In this document: in pieces, positions 19,551 through 32,050 of the stretch
How the letters are laid out: every line of letters begins with the position of its first letter
Numbering within the stretch: the first letter of the stretch is position 1
Origin: Candidatus Multivorans sp.
GTDB taxonomy: Bacteria > Acidobacteriota > Thermoanaerobaculia > Multivoradales > Multivoraceae
Assembly (NCBI GenBank): GCA_965247095.1
Contig: OZ251997.1
Coordinates: forward strand, 96,001-160,000
Direction of reading: 5' to 3'
DNA length: 64,000 nucleotides
The notes under the pieces: model-generated
What the model saw: the letters and a program-made list of their open reading frames with translations, nothing else
What the model was told of the DNA's origin: nothing
Databases searched by the model: none
Program-made: the position numbers and the translations under genes

Positions 19551-22142
19551 GTGAAGACGAGATGGCGACGAGACCGGTCCTGGAGCCGGCTTCGGTGTTC
19601 GGGAGGTTCGTTGCCTGCCGTCGTGGCACTCGCTCTTTCGAGCTGGGCCTCTGGGGCTGCGGCTTCACCGCAGCGGGTCATCGATTCCGGTCTGGTGGTG
19701 GGCGTGCACACGATCGGCGGAGAAACGGGGACCGGCGTCGTCGTGGGGCCGAACGAGGTCGCCACGAGCTGCAGCGTCCTCGCCGGTGCGACCGTGATCA
19801 CGGTGCATGAGGCGTGGGAACAGCACGTCGCCCGGCCTGCTGACGGCGCTCCGGCCATCCTCGCGGCTCGCGACGAGAAGGGAAGCGCGTGCGTCCTTCT
19901 CGTGGAGGAGCCCCTCTGGCGTTCGCCTCCGGTTGAGCTTGCGTCGGCCTCGCGCGTTCGGCGGGAGGATGTTGGGGCCGATGAGGAGCTCTACGGTGTG
20001 GGCGTTTCGGGGGACCAGGTGTTGACCTCGTTTCGCGTCTTCCGGTCGACCGCGCGCCGATTCGCCGATCGCCCAGGCACGAACGCTGGGGTCGGAACGG
20101 AGCCCGACGCTGGCTCCGCTGACGGCAGCTCGGGCATGCCGCCGGGTTTCCCCGGCGCAGGGTTCTTCGACGAAGAGGGCCGGCTTGTGGCCATGCTCGT
20201 CTCTCGGCCGTCCGCGAGGAAGGGAAGCGACCACGGCGGGGCGGGCGGGAAAGGGCCACCCACCTGGACAACGGTGCCGGCACACGACATCGCGACGCTC
20301 GTGGATTCTTCGGCGGAATGGCGGGTGTGTCTCGTTTCGCCGACGGTGGACTGTGTCCTGGAGGAAGCGGAGAGGGTCGCTGGCGGTTCTCAATGGGCTC
20401 TGTCGAGCTTGTCCGAGGCTCGGGAGGAATTGGGAGACCACGAGGAAGCCCGAGCCTTGTCTAGGCAATCCGATGCTGCTGCTCTACGGTCCGAGTACCG
20501 AAGTCCTAGGGACTTTGTGTCCGTTGCGCTGGAACACCTCGAGGATGGCGACGAGGCGGCTGCCCGGGAATGGCTGGTCGAGGCGAAGCGCGAAGCGGAA
20601 CGGCAGTGGGACGATGCCTACTGGCTACTCGACTTCTACGCTTGGGCAGCGTCGGCCTTGGTGAAAGCCGGCGCGGGCGGAGCTGCAGCCGATCTTGCCG
20701 GCGAGGCGCTCGAACTCGTGAACGACAAGAACGGACGGGATCGGACACTTGGGGCTGCCGCGAGGGTGCAGGCCGGTGCCGGTCAGGTCCGGGCGGCGAT
20801 TGGCACGGCCCAGTCGATCATCGATGCGGAGCATCGCCGGTACGTTTTCGGAGAGATGAGTCGGGCACTGCTTGAGTCAGGAGACCTGGAGGGCGGCTCC
20901 TGGGTCGCTGAGCAGATCGAGGATCCTGGATACCGCACCTATGTACTGGAGAGAGCCTTCGCGACACTTGCCGGCCGCGGAGACATTGCGACCGGGCTCC
21001 GAATGGTGCGAGAAGCTAGCGATTCGCGAACACGGGACGCCCTCCTTGGAGAGGCAGTCGATGCGCTGACCGAAGCGGGTGAAGTCCAGGCGGCCCTGGA
21101 ATTCGCGTTGCAGATCGAGGATTCCGCGGACCAGGCATCGGCACTGAGTTGGGTGGCCGAGTCCCAGGCCGAAGCTGGGAGTTTCCAGGAGGCCTGGCGA
21201 ACCGTCGAGTGGATCAAGTCGTTGGAGGTCCCTGCGCGCTACGGGTCGATCACCTGCGGAGCGGAACCTTACTGTGCGGCTGTTGCCACAGTTGCAGGGA
21301 TCACGGCCCGGGCAGGGGACTTCGCGGCGGCCTTCGCGGCCCACGAGCTGGTGGAGCGGCCCCGCGACCGGATACACGTTCTGGCGGAGGTGGCGGTCGC
21401 CAAGGAAGCGCCGGGAAGCGCCGTGTTTCGAGCCGCCGTACTGGAGTTGGCCGATTCCGTCACGGTGGACGACACAGCAGGCTTGCAGGACATCGCCGTG
21501 GCGCAAGCCGCGGCGGGCGACTACGCCGGCATGGACGTTACGATCCAGAAGATCGCCGGCAACACCTGGGTAGATCGGGGGTCAGGGGACTTGACCGACG
21601 ATCCGGCGCTGAATCCTCGCAGGACCGATGCCTCGCTCTGGCGAATCGCCAGAGTGCACGCCGCCGCGGGGAGCTTCGAAGAGGCGCTCCGGTCCGTGAA
21701 CCGCGTCGGAAGCGCCTTTGGGCGCGTGTATCTGCTGGCCGAAGTCGCCGGGGCCCAGGCACAAGCTGGTGAACCGGAAGCTGCCCGGACAACCCTGGCG
21801 GCTGCTGTCGGCTTGTACGAGCGTCTGAGCGGTGCCGAAATCACGAGGTGTTGCGCCGGCACGCATCCCTTGATCTTCGCCCTGGAAGCGATCGGCCACG
21901 CGCAGGCGAAGGCTGGTCTTCTCGACCTGGCGCTCGAGACGGTCGGCAGGTTGGAGATCCCCGAGGGCGAAACCAGTTGGGCGGTCCTGAAGATCGTCCA
22001 TGCCGCGGTTGTCCGCGGCGACTTCGTATTCGCACTCCGGGCACAGAGCGTGATGGACAATGATGCGATTGAGGCGCTCATCTACATCGCCCGGGGACTG
22101 GCGGGTCTGCCGCCAGGTGAGTTGCCCTTCAGAATCGACTAG
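19551..22142 (+). CDS. Secreted degenerate trypsin-like domain plus TPR-like helical repeats
   Basis: GGGAGGG RBS before GTG; signal-like segment; GTGVVVGPNEVATSC and PGFPGAGFFDEEGRLV resemble an S1 protease; repeated A.AQA.AG...A helices; lower-GC codon usage. Confidence 0.65.
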   Translation: MKTRWRRDRSWSRLRCSGGSLPAVVALALSSWASGAAASPQRVIDSGLVVGVHTIGGETGTGVVVGPNEVATSCSVLAGATVITVHEAWEQHVARPADGAPAILAARDEKGSACVLLVEEPLWRSPPVELASASRVRREDVGADEELYGVGVSGDQVLTSFRVFRSTARRFADRPGTNAGVGTEPDAGSADGSSGMPPGFPGAGFFDEEGRLVAMLVSRPSARKGSDHGGAGGKGPPTWTTVPAHDIATLVDSSAEWRVCLVSPTVDCVLEEAERVAGGSQWALSSLSEAREELGDHEEARALSRQSDAAALRSEYRSPRDFVSVALEHLEDGDEAAAREWLVEAKREAERQWDDAYWLLDFYAWAASALVKAGAGGAAADLAGEALELVNDKNGRDRTLGAAARVQAGAGQVRAAIGTAQSIIDAEHRRYVFGEMSRALLESGDLEGGSWVAEQIEDPGYRTYVLERAFATLAGRGDIATGLRMVREASDSRTRDALLGEAVDALTEAGEVQAALEFALQIEDSADQASALSWVAESQAEAGSFQEAWRTVEWIKSLEVPARYGSITCGAEPYCAAVATVAGITARAGDFAAAFAAHELVERPRDRIHVLAEVAVAKEAPGSAVFRAAVLELADSVTVDDTAGLQDIAVAQAAAGDYAGMDVTIQKIAGNTWVDRGSGDLTDDPALNPRRTDASLWRIARVHAAAGSFEEALRSVNRVGSAFGRVYLLAEVAGAQAQAGEPEAARTTLAAAVGLYERLSGAEITRCCAGTHPLIFALEAIGHAQAKAGLLDLALETVGRLEIPEGETSWAVLKIVHAAVVRGDFVFALRAQSVMDNDAIEALIYIARGLAGLPPGELPFRID

Positions 22143-22166
22143 ATACCGCCGCCGCTCCAGCAGCGC

Positions 22167-24204
<2,038 letters not shown>

Positions 24205-24356
24205 CTGAACCATAGCAGTCGATAGCAGTCGAGGAATTCGGGACGGGTCGCTCGCAGGCGCCTCAGGCCAACAGGCCGGGATCCCCCCAGGTGGGTAGAA
24301 TCGGCCGCTAGAGGGTTGCGCCAAGCGCGCGCCGTAAATCCCTCAGACACCACAGC

Positions 24357-27032
24357 ATGTACATGGACCCCATCGACAAGGCGCGCCAGGACATCGACCC
24401 CGCGGAAACGGCCGAGTGGCTGGAAGCCCTGGAAGCGGTGATGGAGCGGGAAGGCCCTGATCGCGCCCACTACCTGCTCGAGGCCCTGGTCGAGAAGGCG
24501 CGCCGGTCCGGCGCCTACCTCCCCTACAAGGCGACGACCGCCTACCTGAACACGATCCCGGTGCACGGGCAGGCGCCGTCGCCGGGTGACGCTGATCTCG
24601 AGTGGCGAATCCGCAGCATCATCCGCTGGAACGCGATGGCGATGGTGGTGCGGGCCAATCACGACTACGAGGGCCTCGGCGGGCACATCGCGTCATTTGC
24701 CTCCGCCGCGACGCTCTACGACGTGGGCTTCAACCACTTCTTCCACGCTCCCTCCGAGGACCACGGCGGCGACCTGGTCATGATCCAGGGCCATTCCTCA
24801 CCCGGGATCTATGCCCGCGCCTTCCTCGAGGGGCGACTGAGCGAGGAGGACCTGCTCAGTTTCCGGCGCGAGGCGGGGCCGGGAGGCCTCTCGTCCTATC
24901 CGCATCCCTGGTTGATGCCGGACTTCTGGCAGTACCCGACGGTGTCCATGGGGCTCGGGCCGCTGATGGCGATCTACCAGGCCCGGTTCATGAAGTACCT
25001 CCACGACCGGGGTCTGCTCGACACCGAGCGCCGCAAGGTCTGGGCCTTCATGGGCGACGGCGAGATGGACGAGCCGGAGTCGCTGGGCGCCATCTCGCTG
25101 GCCTCGCGGGAGAACCTCGACAACCTGATCTTCGTCGTCAACTGCAATCTGCAGCGGCTCGACGGGCCGGTTCGCGGCAACGGCAAGATCATCCAGGAAC
25201 TCGAGGCGGTCTTCCGGGGCGCCGGCTGGAACGTGGTCAAGGTGGTCTGGGGGTCGTACTGGGATCCGCTGCTCGCCCGCGACCGCCATGGACTGCTGCG
25301 GCGGCGCATGGAGGAGGCGGTCGACGGCGAGTACCAGGCGTACAAGGCGAGCCAGGACGGCGGCTTCGTGCGCGAGCACTTCTTCGGCAAGTACCCGGAA
25401 CTCAAGGCGATGGTGGCCCACCTCACCGACGAGGACATCTGGCGCCTCAACCGCGGCGGCCACGACCCGCACAAGATCTACGCCGCCTACGCCGCGGCCG
25501 TGAAGCACACCGGCCAACCGACGGTGATCCTGGCCAAGACGGTCAAGGGCTACGGCATGGGCGAGGCCGGTGAGGGAATGAACATCACCCACCAGCAGAA
25601 GAAGATGGGGCTGCGGGCGCTGACCGGCTACCGGGACCGTCTCGACATCCCGGTCTCGGACGAGGAGCTGGAGGAGACCCCCTTCTACCGTCCGCCGGAC
25701 GACAGCCCGGAGATCCGGTACATGAAGGAGCGTCGCGAGGCGCTGGGCGGCTTCCTCCCGGCGCGGGCTTTTGCCGCCACGCCGCTCGCAGTGCCCGAGC
25801 TCGCCGCTTTCGACGCCCTGCTGCGGTCGAGCCGCGGGCGCGCCTTCTCCACGACGATGGCGTTCGTGCGCCTGCTGACGCTGCTCACGCGGGATCCTGC
25901 GATCCGCAACCGCCTGGTGCCGATCGTCGCCGACGAGGCGCGCACGTTCGGCATGGAGGGCATGTTCCGGCAGCTCGGCATCTACGCCCCCACCGGGCAG
26001 CTCTACGAACCGGTTGACGCGCACAAGATCGCGCCCTACAAGGAGGCCCGAGACGGACAGATGCTGCAGGAGGGGATCAACGAGGCCGGGTCGCTCTGTT
26101 CCTGGATGGCGGCCGGAACCTCTGCCGCCAACCACGGGTTCCACATGATCCCGTTCTTCATCTTCTACTCGATGTTCGGGTTCCAGCGCGTCGGCGACCT
26201 GATCTGGGCCGCGGCCGACATGCAGGCGCGGGGATTCCTGATCGGCGGCACGTCGGGGCGGACGACGCTCAACGGGGAGGGCCTGCAGCACCAGGACGGC
26301 CACAGCCATCTCGCCGCGTCGACGGTGCCGAACTGCGTCTCCTACGACCCGACCTACGCCTACGAACTCGCGGTGATCCTCCAGGACGGCCTGCGACGGA
26401 TGTACGCCGAGGAAGAGCCGGTCTTCTACTACCTGACGACGCTGAACGAGAACTACGAACACCCCGGGATGCCCGCGGGCGCCGAAGACGGCATCCGTCG
26501 CGGCCTGCACCGGATCCGGCCCGGTTCGCGCCACCGCCGGCGCGCGACCCTGCTCGCCTCGGGCGCGATCCTGCGCGAGGCGGTGGCCGCGGCCGAGATG
26601 CTGGAGGCGGACTGGAAGGTGTCCACGGAAGTCTGGTCGGCGACCAGTTTCAACGAGCTGCGCCGCGACGGCCTGGAGGTCGAGCGCTGGAACCGGCTCC
26701 ATCCCGGCGAGGAGAAAAGAACCTCCTACGTGCGCGAGTGCCTCACCGGGCGCGGCGGCGTCACCGTCGGCGCGAGCGACTACATGAAGGTCTTCACCGA
26801 CCAGATTCGGGCCTTCGTGCCCGGACCGTACCGGACGCTCGGCACCGATGGCTTCGGCCGCAGCGACACCCGCGAGCAGTTGCGCTCCTTCTTCGAGGTC
26901 GACCGCAGGCACATCGTGGTCGCGGCGCTCGCCTCCCTGGCCGACAACGGAGAAGTCGAATCCGAGGCGCCGGCGAAGGCCATTGCGGCGTACGGCATCG
27001 ACCCGAACGCACCGAACCCGGCCACCGCGTGA
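24357..27032 (+). CDS. aceE: Pyruvate dehydrogenase E1 (homodimeric type)
   Basis: GGHIAS, TVSMGLG, GDGEMDE, NCNLQRLDGPV and LGTDGFGRSDTR motifs. Confidence 0.98.
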   Translation: MYMDPIDKARQDIDPAETAEWLEALEAVMEREGPDRAHYLLEALVEKARRSGAYLPYKATTAYLNTIPVHGQAPSPGDADLEWRIRSIIRWNAMAMVVRANHDYEGLGGHIASFASAATLYDVGFNHFFHAPSEDHGGDLVMIQGHSSPGIYARAFLEGRLSEEDLLSFRREAGPGGLSSYPHPWLMPDFWQYPTVSMGLGPLMAIYQARFMKYLHDRGLLDTERRKVWAFMGDGEMDEPESLGAISLASRENLDNLIFVVNCNLQRLDGPVRGNGKIIQELEAVFRGAGWNVVKVVWGSYWDPLLARDRHGLLRRRMEEAVDGEYQAYKASQDGGFVREHFFGKYPELKAMVAHLTDEDIWRLNRGGHDPHKIYAAYAAAVKHTGQPTVILAKTVKGYGMGEAGEGMNITHQQKKMGLRALTGYRDRLDIPVSDEELEETPFYRPPDDSPEIRYMKERREALGGFLPARAFAATPLAVPELAAFDALLRSSRGRAFSTTMAFVRLLTLLTRDPAIRNRLVPIVADEARTFGMEGMFRQLGIYAPTGQLYEPVDAHKIAPYKEARDGQMLQEGINEAGSLCSWMAAGTSAANHGFHMIPFFIFYSMFGFQRVGDLIWAAADMQARGFLIGGTSGRTTLNGEGLQHQDGHSHLAASTVPNCVSYDPTYAYELAVILQDGLRRMYAEEEPVFYYLTTLNENYEHPGMPAGAEDGIRRGLHRIRPGSRHRRRATLLASGAILREAVAAAEMLEADWKVSTEVWSATSFNELRRDGLEVERWNRLHPGEEKRTSYVRECLTGRGGVTVGASDYMKVFTDQIRAFVPGPYRTLGTDGFGRSDTREQLRSFFEVDRRHIVVAALASLADNGEVESEAPAKAIAAYGIDPNAPNPATA

Positions 27033-28333
27033 GCGAACCCATTCGCATCGTCGTTCCCGACATCGGCGACTTCGACCAGGTCGACGTCGTCGAGGTCCTG
27101 GTGGGCGTCGGCGACGAGGTGTCGGTCGACCAGTCGCTGATCACGCTGGAGAGCGACAAGGCGTCGATGGAGGTGCCGTCGCCGACGGCGGGCCGGGTGG
27201 TCGAGATCGCCGTCGCGATCGGCGGTCAGGTCGCCGAGGGCGATCTGATCCTTACGATCGAGGCCAGCGACGCGCCGGTGGAGGACCAGGTGGCGCGTGA
27301 GGACACGGCCGAAGCTGCAGCTTCGCCTGATGCACCGCCGGCCGCACCGGCGCCCGCCGCGGAACCCCCGCAGCCGTCGTCGCGCGGACGCCGCCCGCCG
27401 CCGCCAGCCCCCCCGGCCCCGCCCGCCGGCTCGACCCCGCCCCACGCCAGCCCCGCGGTGCGGCGGTTCGCGCGCATGCTGGGCGTCGATCTGCGGAGGG
27501 TCTCCGGCACCGGCGCCAAGGGGCGGATCCTGCGTGAGGATGTCGAAGGCTTCGTCAAGGAGGCGATGGCCGGCGGCGGGCCCCAGGCTGCGGGGGCCGG
27601 CATCCCGCCGGTCCCGGAGATCGACTTCTCGAAGTTCGGGCCGGTCGAGTCGAAGCCGCTCAGCCGCATCCGCAAGCTGGCGGCTGCGAACCTCCATCGG
27701 AGCTGGCTCAACGTGCCGCACGTCACCCAGCACGACGAGGCCGACATCACGGAACTCGAGGCCTTCCGCCGGACGCACCTCGAGGAGGCCCGCGAGCGCG
27801 GCGTTCGGCTCACCGTGCTGGCCTTCCTGATGAAGGCGGTTGCGGCGTCCCTGGCCGAGTTCCCGGAGATGAACTCGTCGCTGGCGCCGGACGGCGAGTC
27901 GCTGATCCTCAAGCGCTACTTCCACCTGGGGGTTGCCGTCGACACCCCGGACGGCCTGGTTGTGCCCGTCGTGCGCGATGTGGAGCGCAAGAGCGTCTAC
28001 GAGCTGGCTGGGGAGCTGGCCGAGGTCAGCGGCCGCGCGCGCGAGCGCAAGCTGCGGCCCGCCGACATCCAGGGCGCCACCTTCACGATCTCGAGCCTGG
28101 GCGGCATCGGCGGCACGGCCTTCACGCCGATCGTCAACGCGCCGGAGGTCGGGATTCTGGGCGTCTCGCGCTCGGTGCGACGGCCGGTCTACGTCGGCGC
28201 CGGGCTGGCGCCCCGGTTGATGCTGCCGGTCTCGCTTTCCTACGACCACCGGGTGATCGACGGCGCCTACGCGGTCCGCTTCACGACCCACCTGTGCTCG
28301 GTGCTCGCCGACATCCGCCGGGTCGTGCTCTGA
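27029..28333 (+). CDS. aceF: Dihydrolipoamide acetyltransferase E2 with a single lipoyl domain
   Basis: ESDKASME lipoyl site; HASPAVRR..GRI binding domain; YDHRVIDGA; GTGA overlap with aceE. Confidence 0.96.
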   Translation: MSEPIRIVVPDIGDFDQVDVVEVLVGVGDEVSVDQSLITLESDKASMEVPSPTAGRVVEIAVAIGGQVAEGDLILTIEASDAPVEDQVAREDTAEAAASPDAPPAAPAPAAEPPQPSSRGRRPPPPAPPAPPAGSTPPHASPAVRRFARMLGVDLRRVSGTGAKGRILREDVEGFVKEAMAGGGPQAAGAGIPPVPEIDFSKFGPVESKPLSRIRKLAAANLHRSWLNVPHVTQHDEADITELEAFRRTHLEEARERGVRLTVLAFLMKAVAASLAEFPEMNSSLAPDGESLILKRYFHLGVAVDTPDGLVVPVVRDVERKSVYELAGELAEVSGRARERKLRPADIQGATFTISSLGGIGGTAFTPIVNAPEVGILGVSRSVRRPVYVGAGLAPRLMLPVSLSYDHRVIDGAYAVRFTTHLCSVLADIRRVVL

Positions 28334-28343
28334 CGCTGGCGCA

Positions 28344-30197
28344 ATGGCCGATCCGATCCGCATCGTCGTACCGGACATCGGCGACTTCGATTCCGTCGAT
28401 GTCGTCGAGGTGCTCGTCTCGCCGGGCGAGCACGTCGATATCGACGCCGGACTGATCACCCTCGAGAGCGACAAGGCGTCGATGGAGGTGCCGTCGACCC
28501 ATAGCGGCGTGGTGCTCGAAGTTGCCGTGTCGCTGGGCGACAAGGTGGTGGAAGGGGATGTGATCGTCGTGCTCGATCCCGAGGACGAGTCGCATCCCGA
28601 CCACCGAGCCGAGCGGCCGCGCCATCCGCATGCGCCGCCAGCGGCGCCGGGGGGCGTGTCGGTCGAGGAGGTCGAGGCGGGGCCGGCAGCGACTTCGGTT
28701 CTTTCACCGGCGCCGGCGCCCGCGCCGGTCCCGGCGGCGGCATCTGCGCCGGCAGCCGTCCCGCGGGATGTCGACGCCGAAATCCTGGTCCTGGGCGCCG
28801 GACCTGGCGGCTATACGGCGGCCTTCCGCGCCGCCGACCTGGGCCGCCAGGTCGTGCTGGTGGAGCCGTACGCAAACCTCGGGGGCGTGTGCCTGAACGT
28901 CGGCTGCATTCCCTCCAAGGCGTTGCTCCACGCCGCCAGGGTGATCGACGAGGCGGCGGAGTTCGCGGCCCACGGCATCGACTTCGGAGCGCCGGACATC
29001 GACCGGGGGAAGCTCGGCGCCTGGAAGAGCGGCGTCGTGGCGCAACTGACTGGCGGTCTGGCCCAATTGGCGAAGCGGCGCAAGGTCGAGGTGGTGCGCG
29101 GCCACGGCCGCTTCGTCGGTCCCCACGAAGCCGAGGTCACGGACGCCGACGCCGGCCGGCGCACCCTGACCTTCGGGCAGGCGATCGTCGCCGTCGGTTC
29201 GCGTCCGGCGATGATCCCGGGGTTGCCGGAGGGCGACCCGCGGGTCTGGGATTCGACCGACGCGCTGGAGCTCGACCCCGGCTTCGAGCCGGACGGGCGG
29301 CTTCTGGTGATCGGCGGCGGCATCATTGGGCTGGAGATTGCGACGGTCTATGCCGCCCTGGGCTACCGGGTCACCGTCGTCGAGCTGCTGCCGCAACTGC
29401 TGACCGGCGTCGACCGGGATCTGGTGCGGCCCCTCCAGCGCCGGCTTACCGAGCGCCTGGAGAACATCCACACGGCAACTCGCGTGACCGGGGTCAAGGC
29501 CCAGAAGAACGGACTCATGGTGTCGATGGAGGGTGACGACGGTGAGCCCCGCTCCGGTCTGTTCGGGCGAGTCCTCGTCGCGGTCGGCCGCCGTCCCAAC
29601 AGCGACCGCTTCGGCGCCGAGGCCGCGGGTGTCCTGGTCGATGAGCGCGGCTTCGTGCCGGTCGACGATCAACAGCGGACCAACGTGCCGCCCATCTTCG
29701 CGATCGGCGACCTGGTGCCCGGGCCCATGCTGGCGCACAAGGCGACCCACGAGGGCAAGGTCGCGGCGGAGGTCGCGGCGGGGGAGAAGAGCGGCTTCGA
29801 GGCGCGGGTCATCCCGTCCGTGGCCTACACCGATCCGGAGGTGGCCTGGGTCGGCCTGACCGAGACCGAAGCGCGGCGGAACGGCACGGCCTACGAGAAG
29901 GCCGTCTTCCCGTGGGGCGCTTCCGGCCGCGCCCTGACGCTGGGCCGTGCGGAAGGTTTGACCAAGCTGCTGTTCGACCCCGCCAGCGGGCGGGTCGTCG
30001 GCGCCGGCATCGTCGGCGTCAACGCGGGCGACCTGATCGCCGAGGCGGCGCTGGCGATCGAGATGAACGCGGACGCCGCCGATCTGGCGCTGACCGTCCA
30101 CCCGCACCCGACCCTCTCCGAGACGGTCGCCTTCGCCGCCGAGGCGTACGAGGGCACGATCACCGACCTCTACCTGCCGCGGCGCGGAAAGCGCTAA
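28344..30197 (+). CDS. lpdA: Dihydrolipoamide dehydrogenase E3 with N-terminal lipoyl domain
   Basis: ESDKASME, GAGPGGY, GGVCLNVGCIPSK, GGGIIG and HPHPTLSE motifs. Confidence 0.97.
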   Translation: MADPIRIVVPDIGDFDSVDVVEVLVSPGEHVDIDAGLITLESDKASMEVPSTHSGVVLEVAVSLGDKVVEGDVIVVLDPEDESHPDHRAERPRHPHAPPAAPGGVSVEEVEAGPAATSVLSPAPAPAPVPAAASAPAAVPRDVDAEILVLGAGPGGYTAAFRAADLGRQVVLVEPYANLGGVCLNVGCIPSKALLHAARVIDEAAEFAAHGIDFGAPDIDRGKLGAWKSGVVAQLTGGLAQLAKRRKVEVVRGHGRFVGPHEAEVTDADAGRRTLTFGQAIVAVGSRPAMIPGLPEGDPRVWDSTDALELDPGFEPDGRLLVIGGGIIGLEIATVYAALGYRVTVVELLPQLLTGVDRDLVRPLQRRLTERLENIHTATRVTGVKAQKNGLMVSMEGDDGEPRSGLFGRVLVAVGRRPNSDRFGAEAAGVLVDERGFVPVDDQQRTNVPPIFAIGDLVPGPMLAHKATHEGKVAAEVAAGEKSGFEARVIPSVAYTDPEVAWVGLTETEARRNGTAYEKAVFPWGASGRALTLGRAEGLTKLLFDPASGRVVGAGIVGVNAGDLIAEAALAIEMNADAADLALTVHPHPTLSETVAFAAEAYEGTITDLYLPRRGKR

Positions 30198-30236
30198 CCG
30201 GAGGCGTCGCCGGGCTATCTCGGCCTCGTTACTTGT

Positions 30237-30299
30237 AAGAGGTGCAATATGGCCCATAAACATCGTTATTGGTCAATAAACGGCAACTTATGACCTCTT
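30237..30299. promoter_or_regulatory. AT-rich hipBA promoter/operator with nested inverted repeats
   Basis: AAGAGGT...ACCTCTT flanking TTATTG-gt-CAATAA; sharp local AT rise upstream of the XRE gene. Confidence 0.5.
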
Positions 30300-30366
30300 G
30301 CAATGTCCTCGGAATAGCGGCAGTATGGGGCCGAACAACGAGGGACTGCGAGTACTGGAGCGATTC

Positions 30367-30729
30367 ATGGCCAATGGAATGCCCCGTCGAAGTCTGACCC
30401 CACGCGCGCTGCGAACTGAGCTGGGGCATCGTCTGGCGAAGCTGCGCCTTGCGAGGAACGTCACGCAGAGTGCTCTGGCCGAGGACGCGGGAATCGGACT
30501 GCGTACGCTTCGCCGTATCGAGGTCGGTCAGCCAAGCAGTCTGGACAGCCTGCTGCGCCTCGCGATCGTCCTCGGCCTGGCGGACGGTTTGCTGAACGCG
30601 GTGCCGTCGCAGGAGATCCGGCCCATCGAACGGGTGGCCTCCGGCGGCCGGGAACGGCGGCGCGCCCGTCCACGGAAGGGCGGGTCTCGGGAAGAGCCAT
30701 GGTCGTGGGCCGAGGACTTGAATGACTGA
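30367..30729 (+). CDS. hipB: XRE HTH antitoxin (HipB-like)
   Basis: RLARNVTQSALAEDAGIGLRTLRRIEVG; overlaps the hipA start; GGAG RBS. Confidence 0.82.
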   Translation: MANGMPRRSLTPRALRTELGHRLAKLRLARNVTQSALAEDAGIGLRTLRRIEVGQPSSLDSLLRLAIVLGLADGLLNAVPSQEIRPIERVASGGRERRRARPRKGGSREEPWSWAEDLND

Positions 30730-32008
30730 CGCCAGCGTGAATCTGTGGGGCCGCCGAATCGGCGCGGTGTCGTGGGATGCCAGGCGGGGAGTCGGGGTCT
30801 TCCAGTACGATCACGCCTTCTTGTCGGCCGGCATCGAGGTCTCTCCGCTGGCGATGCCTGCACGTGAAGGGACCTACGACTTTCCTGCCCTGGGGGAGTC
30901 GTTCATGGGTTTGCCCGGCCTCGTGGCGGCCTCGCTGCCGGACCGTTTCGGCAACAGGTTGATCGATGTCTGGCTGGCGGAGACCGAACGGAGCGTCGAG
31001 AGCTTCAATCCGGTCGACCGGCTCTGCTACATCGGCACGCGCGGCGTCGGGGCACTGGAGTTCCAACCGGCGGAATCCAGGGGGAACCGGCGCGACGAGG
31101 TGGAGATCGCTCGACTCGTCGATCTCGCCAATCGGGTTCTCGACGAACGGGGTCGACTGTCCGGGCGGCTCGACGACGGCGAGGCGCTCGAGGACCTCCT
31201 CAGTGTGGGAACGTCCGCGGGCGGCGCCCGGGCGAAGGCGGTGCTCGGCTGGAATCGGGACACGGGGGAGTTCCGGTCCGGCCAGGTGGACACGAAAGCC
31301 GGCTTCGAGCACTGGATCCTGAAGTTCGACGGCATCACCAGCAACCGCGACCGCGAACTGGCGGATCCGCTGGGCTACGGGCGGATCGAGTACGCGTATC
31401 ACCTGATGGCGTGCGAGGCCGGGATCGAGATGTCGGAATGCCGGCTGCATCTTGAAGGCAGCCGGAGGCATTTCATGACGCGGCGGTTCGACCGCGATAC
31501 GGCGGGAGGCAAGAGACACATGCAGTCCCTCGCGGCGTTGCGGCACTTCGACTACACCGATCCGGGAGCGAATGCATATGAGCAGGCGATGGAGACGATC
31601 CACGAGCTCGGGCTCGGGATGGCGGTGGTCCAGGAGCAGTACCGCCGGACGGTCTTCAACATCGTCGCGCGGAACCAGGACGATCACGTGAAGAACATGG
31701 CGTTCCTGATGAACCGCCGCGGGGAATGGCGGCTGTCGCCGGCGTACGACGTGACGTACGCCTACAATCGGCGGGGCCGGTGGACAGACCAACACCAAAT
31801 GAGCATGGCGGGCAAGCGCAGCGGTTTCGAACGCGCCGACCTGCTGAGATTCGCGGACACCTCCGGGCTGAAGATTTCCCGCGCGCGTCGCGTGATCGAT
31901 CGGGTGCTCGACGCGGTCGCCGACTGGCCCCGGTTCGCATCCGAGGCGGGCGTCGAGAAGCGGGATGTCCTGAGGATTCGGGGGGCGCATCGTCTTGAAC
32001 TGCCGTGA
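30722..32008 (+). CDS. hipA: HipA family Ser/Thr kinase toxin
   Basis: SLPDRFG, GTSAGGARAK, WILKFD, RRFDR, NQDDHVKN and LSPAYD motifs. Confidence 0.94.
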   Translation: MTDASVNLWGRRIGAVSWDARRGVGVFQYDHAFLSAGIEVSPLAMPAREGTYDFPALGESFMGLPGLVAASLPDRFGNRLIDVWLAETERSVESFNPVDRLCYIGTRGVGALEFQPAESRGNRRDEVEIARLVDLANRVLDERGRLSGRLDDGEALEDLLSVGTSAGGARAKAVLGWNRDTGEFRSGQVDTKAGFEHWILKFDGITSNRDRELADPLGYGRIEYAYHLMACEAGIEMSECRLHLEGSRRHFMTRRFDRDTAGGKRHMQSLAALRHFDYTDPGANAYEQAMETIHELGLGMAVVQEQYRRTVFNIVARNQDDHVKNMAFLMNRRGEWRLSPAYDVTYAYNRRGRWTDQHQMSMAGKRSGFERADLLRFADTSGLKISRARRVIDRVLDAVADWPRFASEAGVEKRDVLRIRGAHRLELP

Positions 32009-32050
32009 CCAAGACTGGCGGCGAGCGCCGCCTCCGCGGGCTCGGAAACA

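Noticed and set aside
24798-26912. 704-aa antisense ORF (similar ones at 2247-4112, 15043-17286, 22338-24149, 26780-28543, 28704-30263, 30461-32167, 55085-57226)
   Set aside because: Shadow ORFs opposite well-supported genes; expected from high-GC codon bias; no protein motifs
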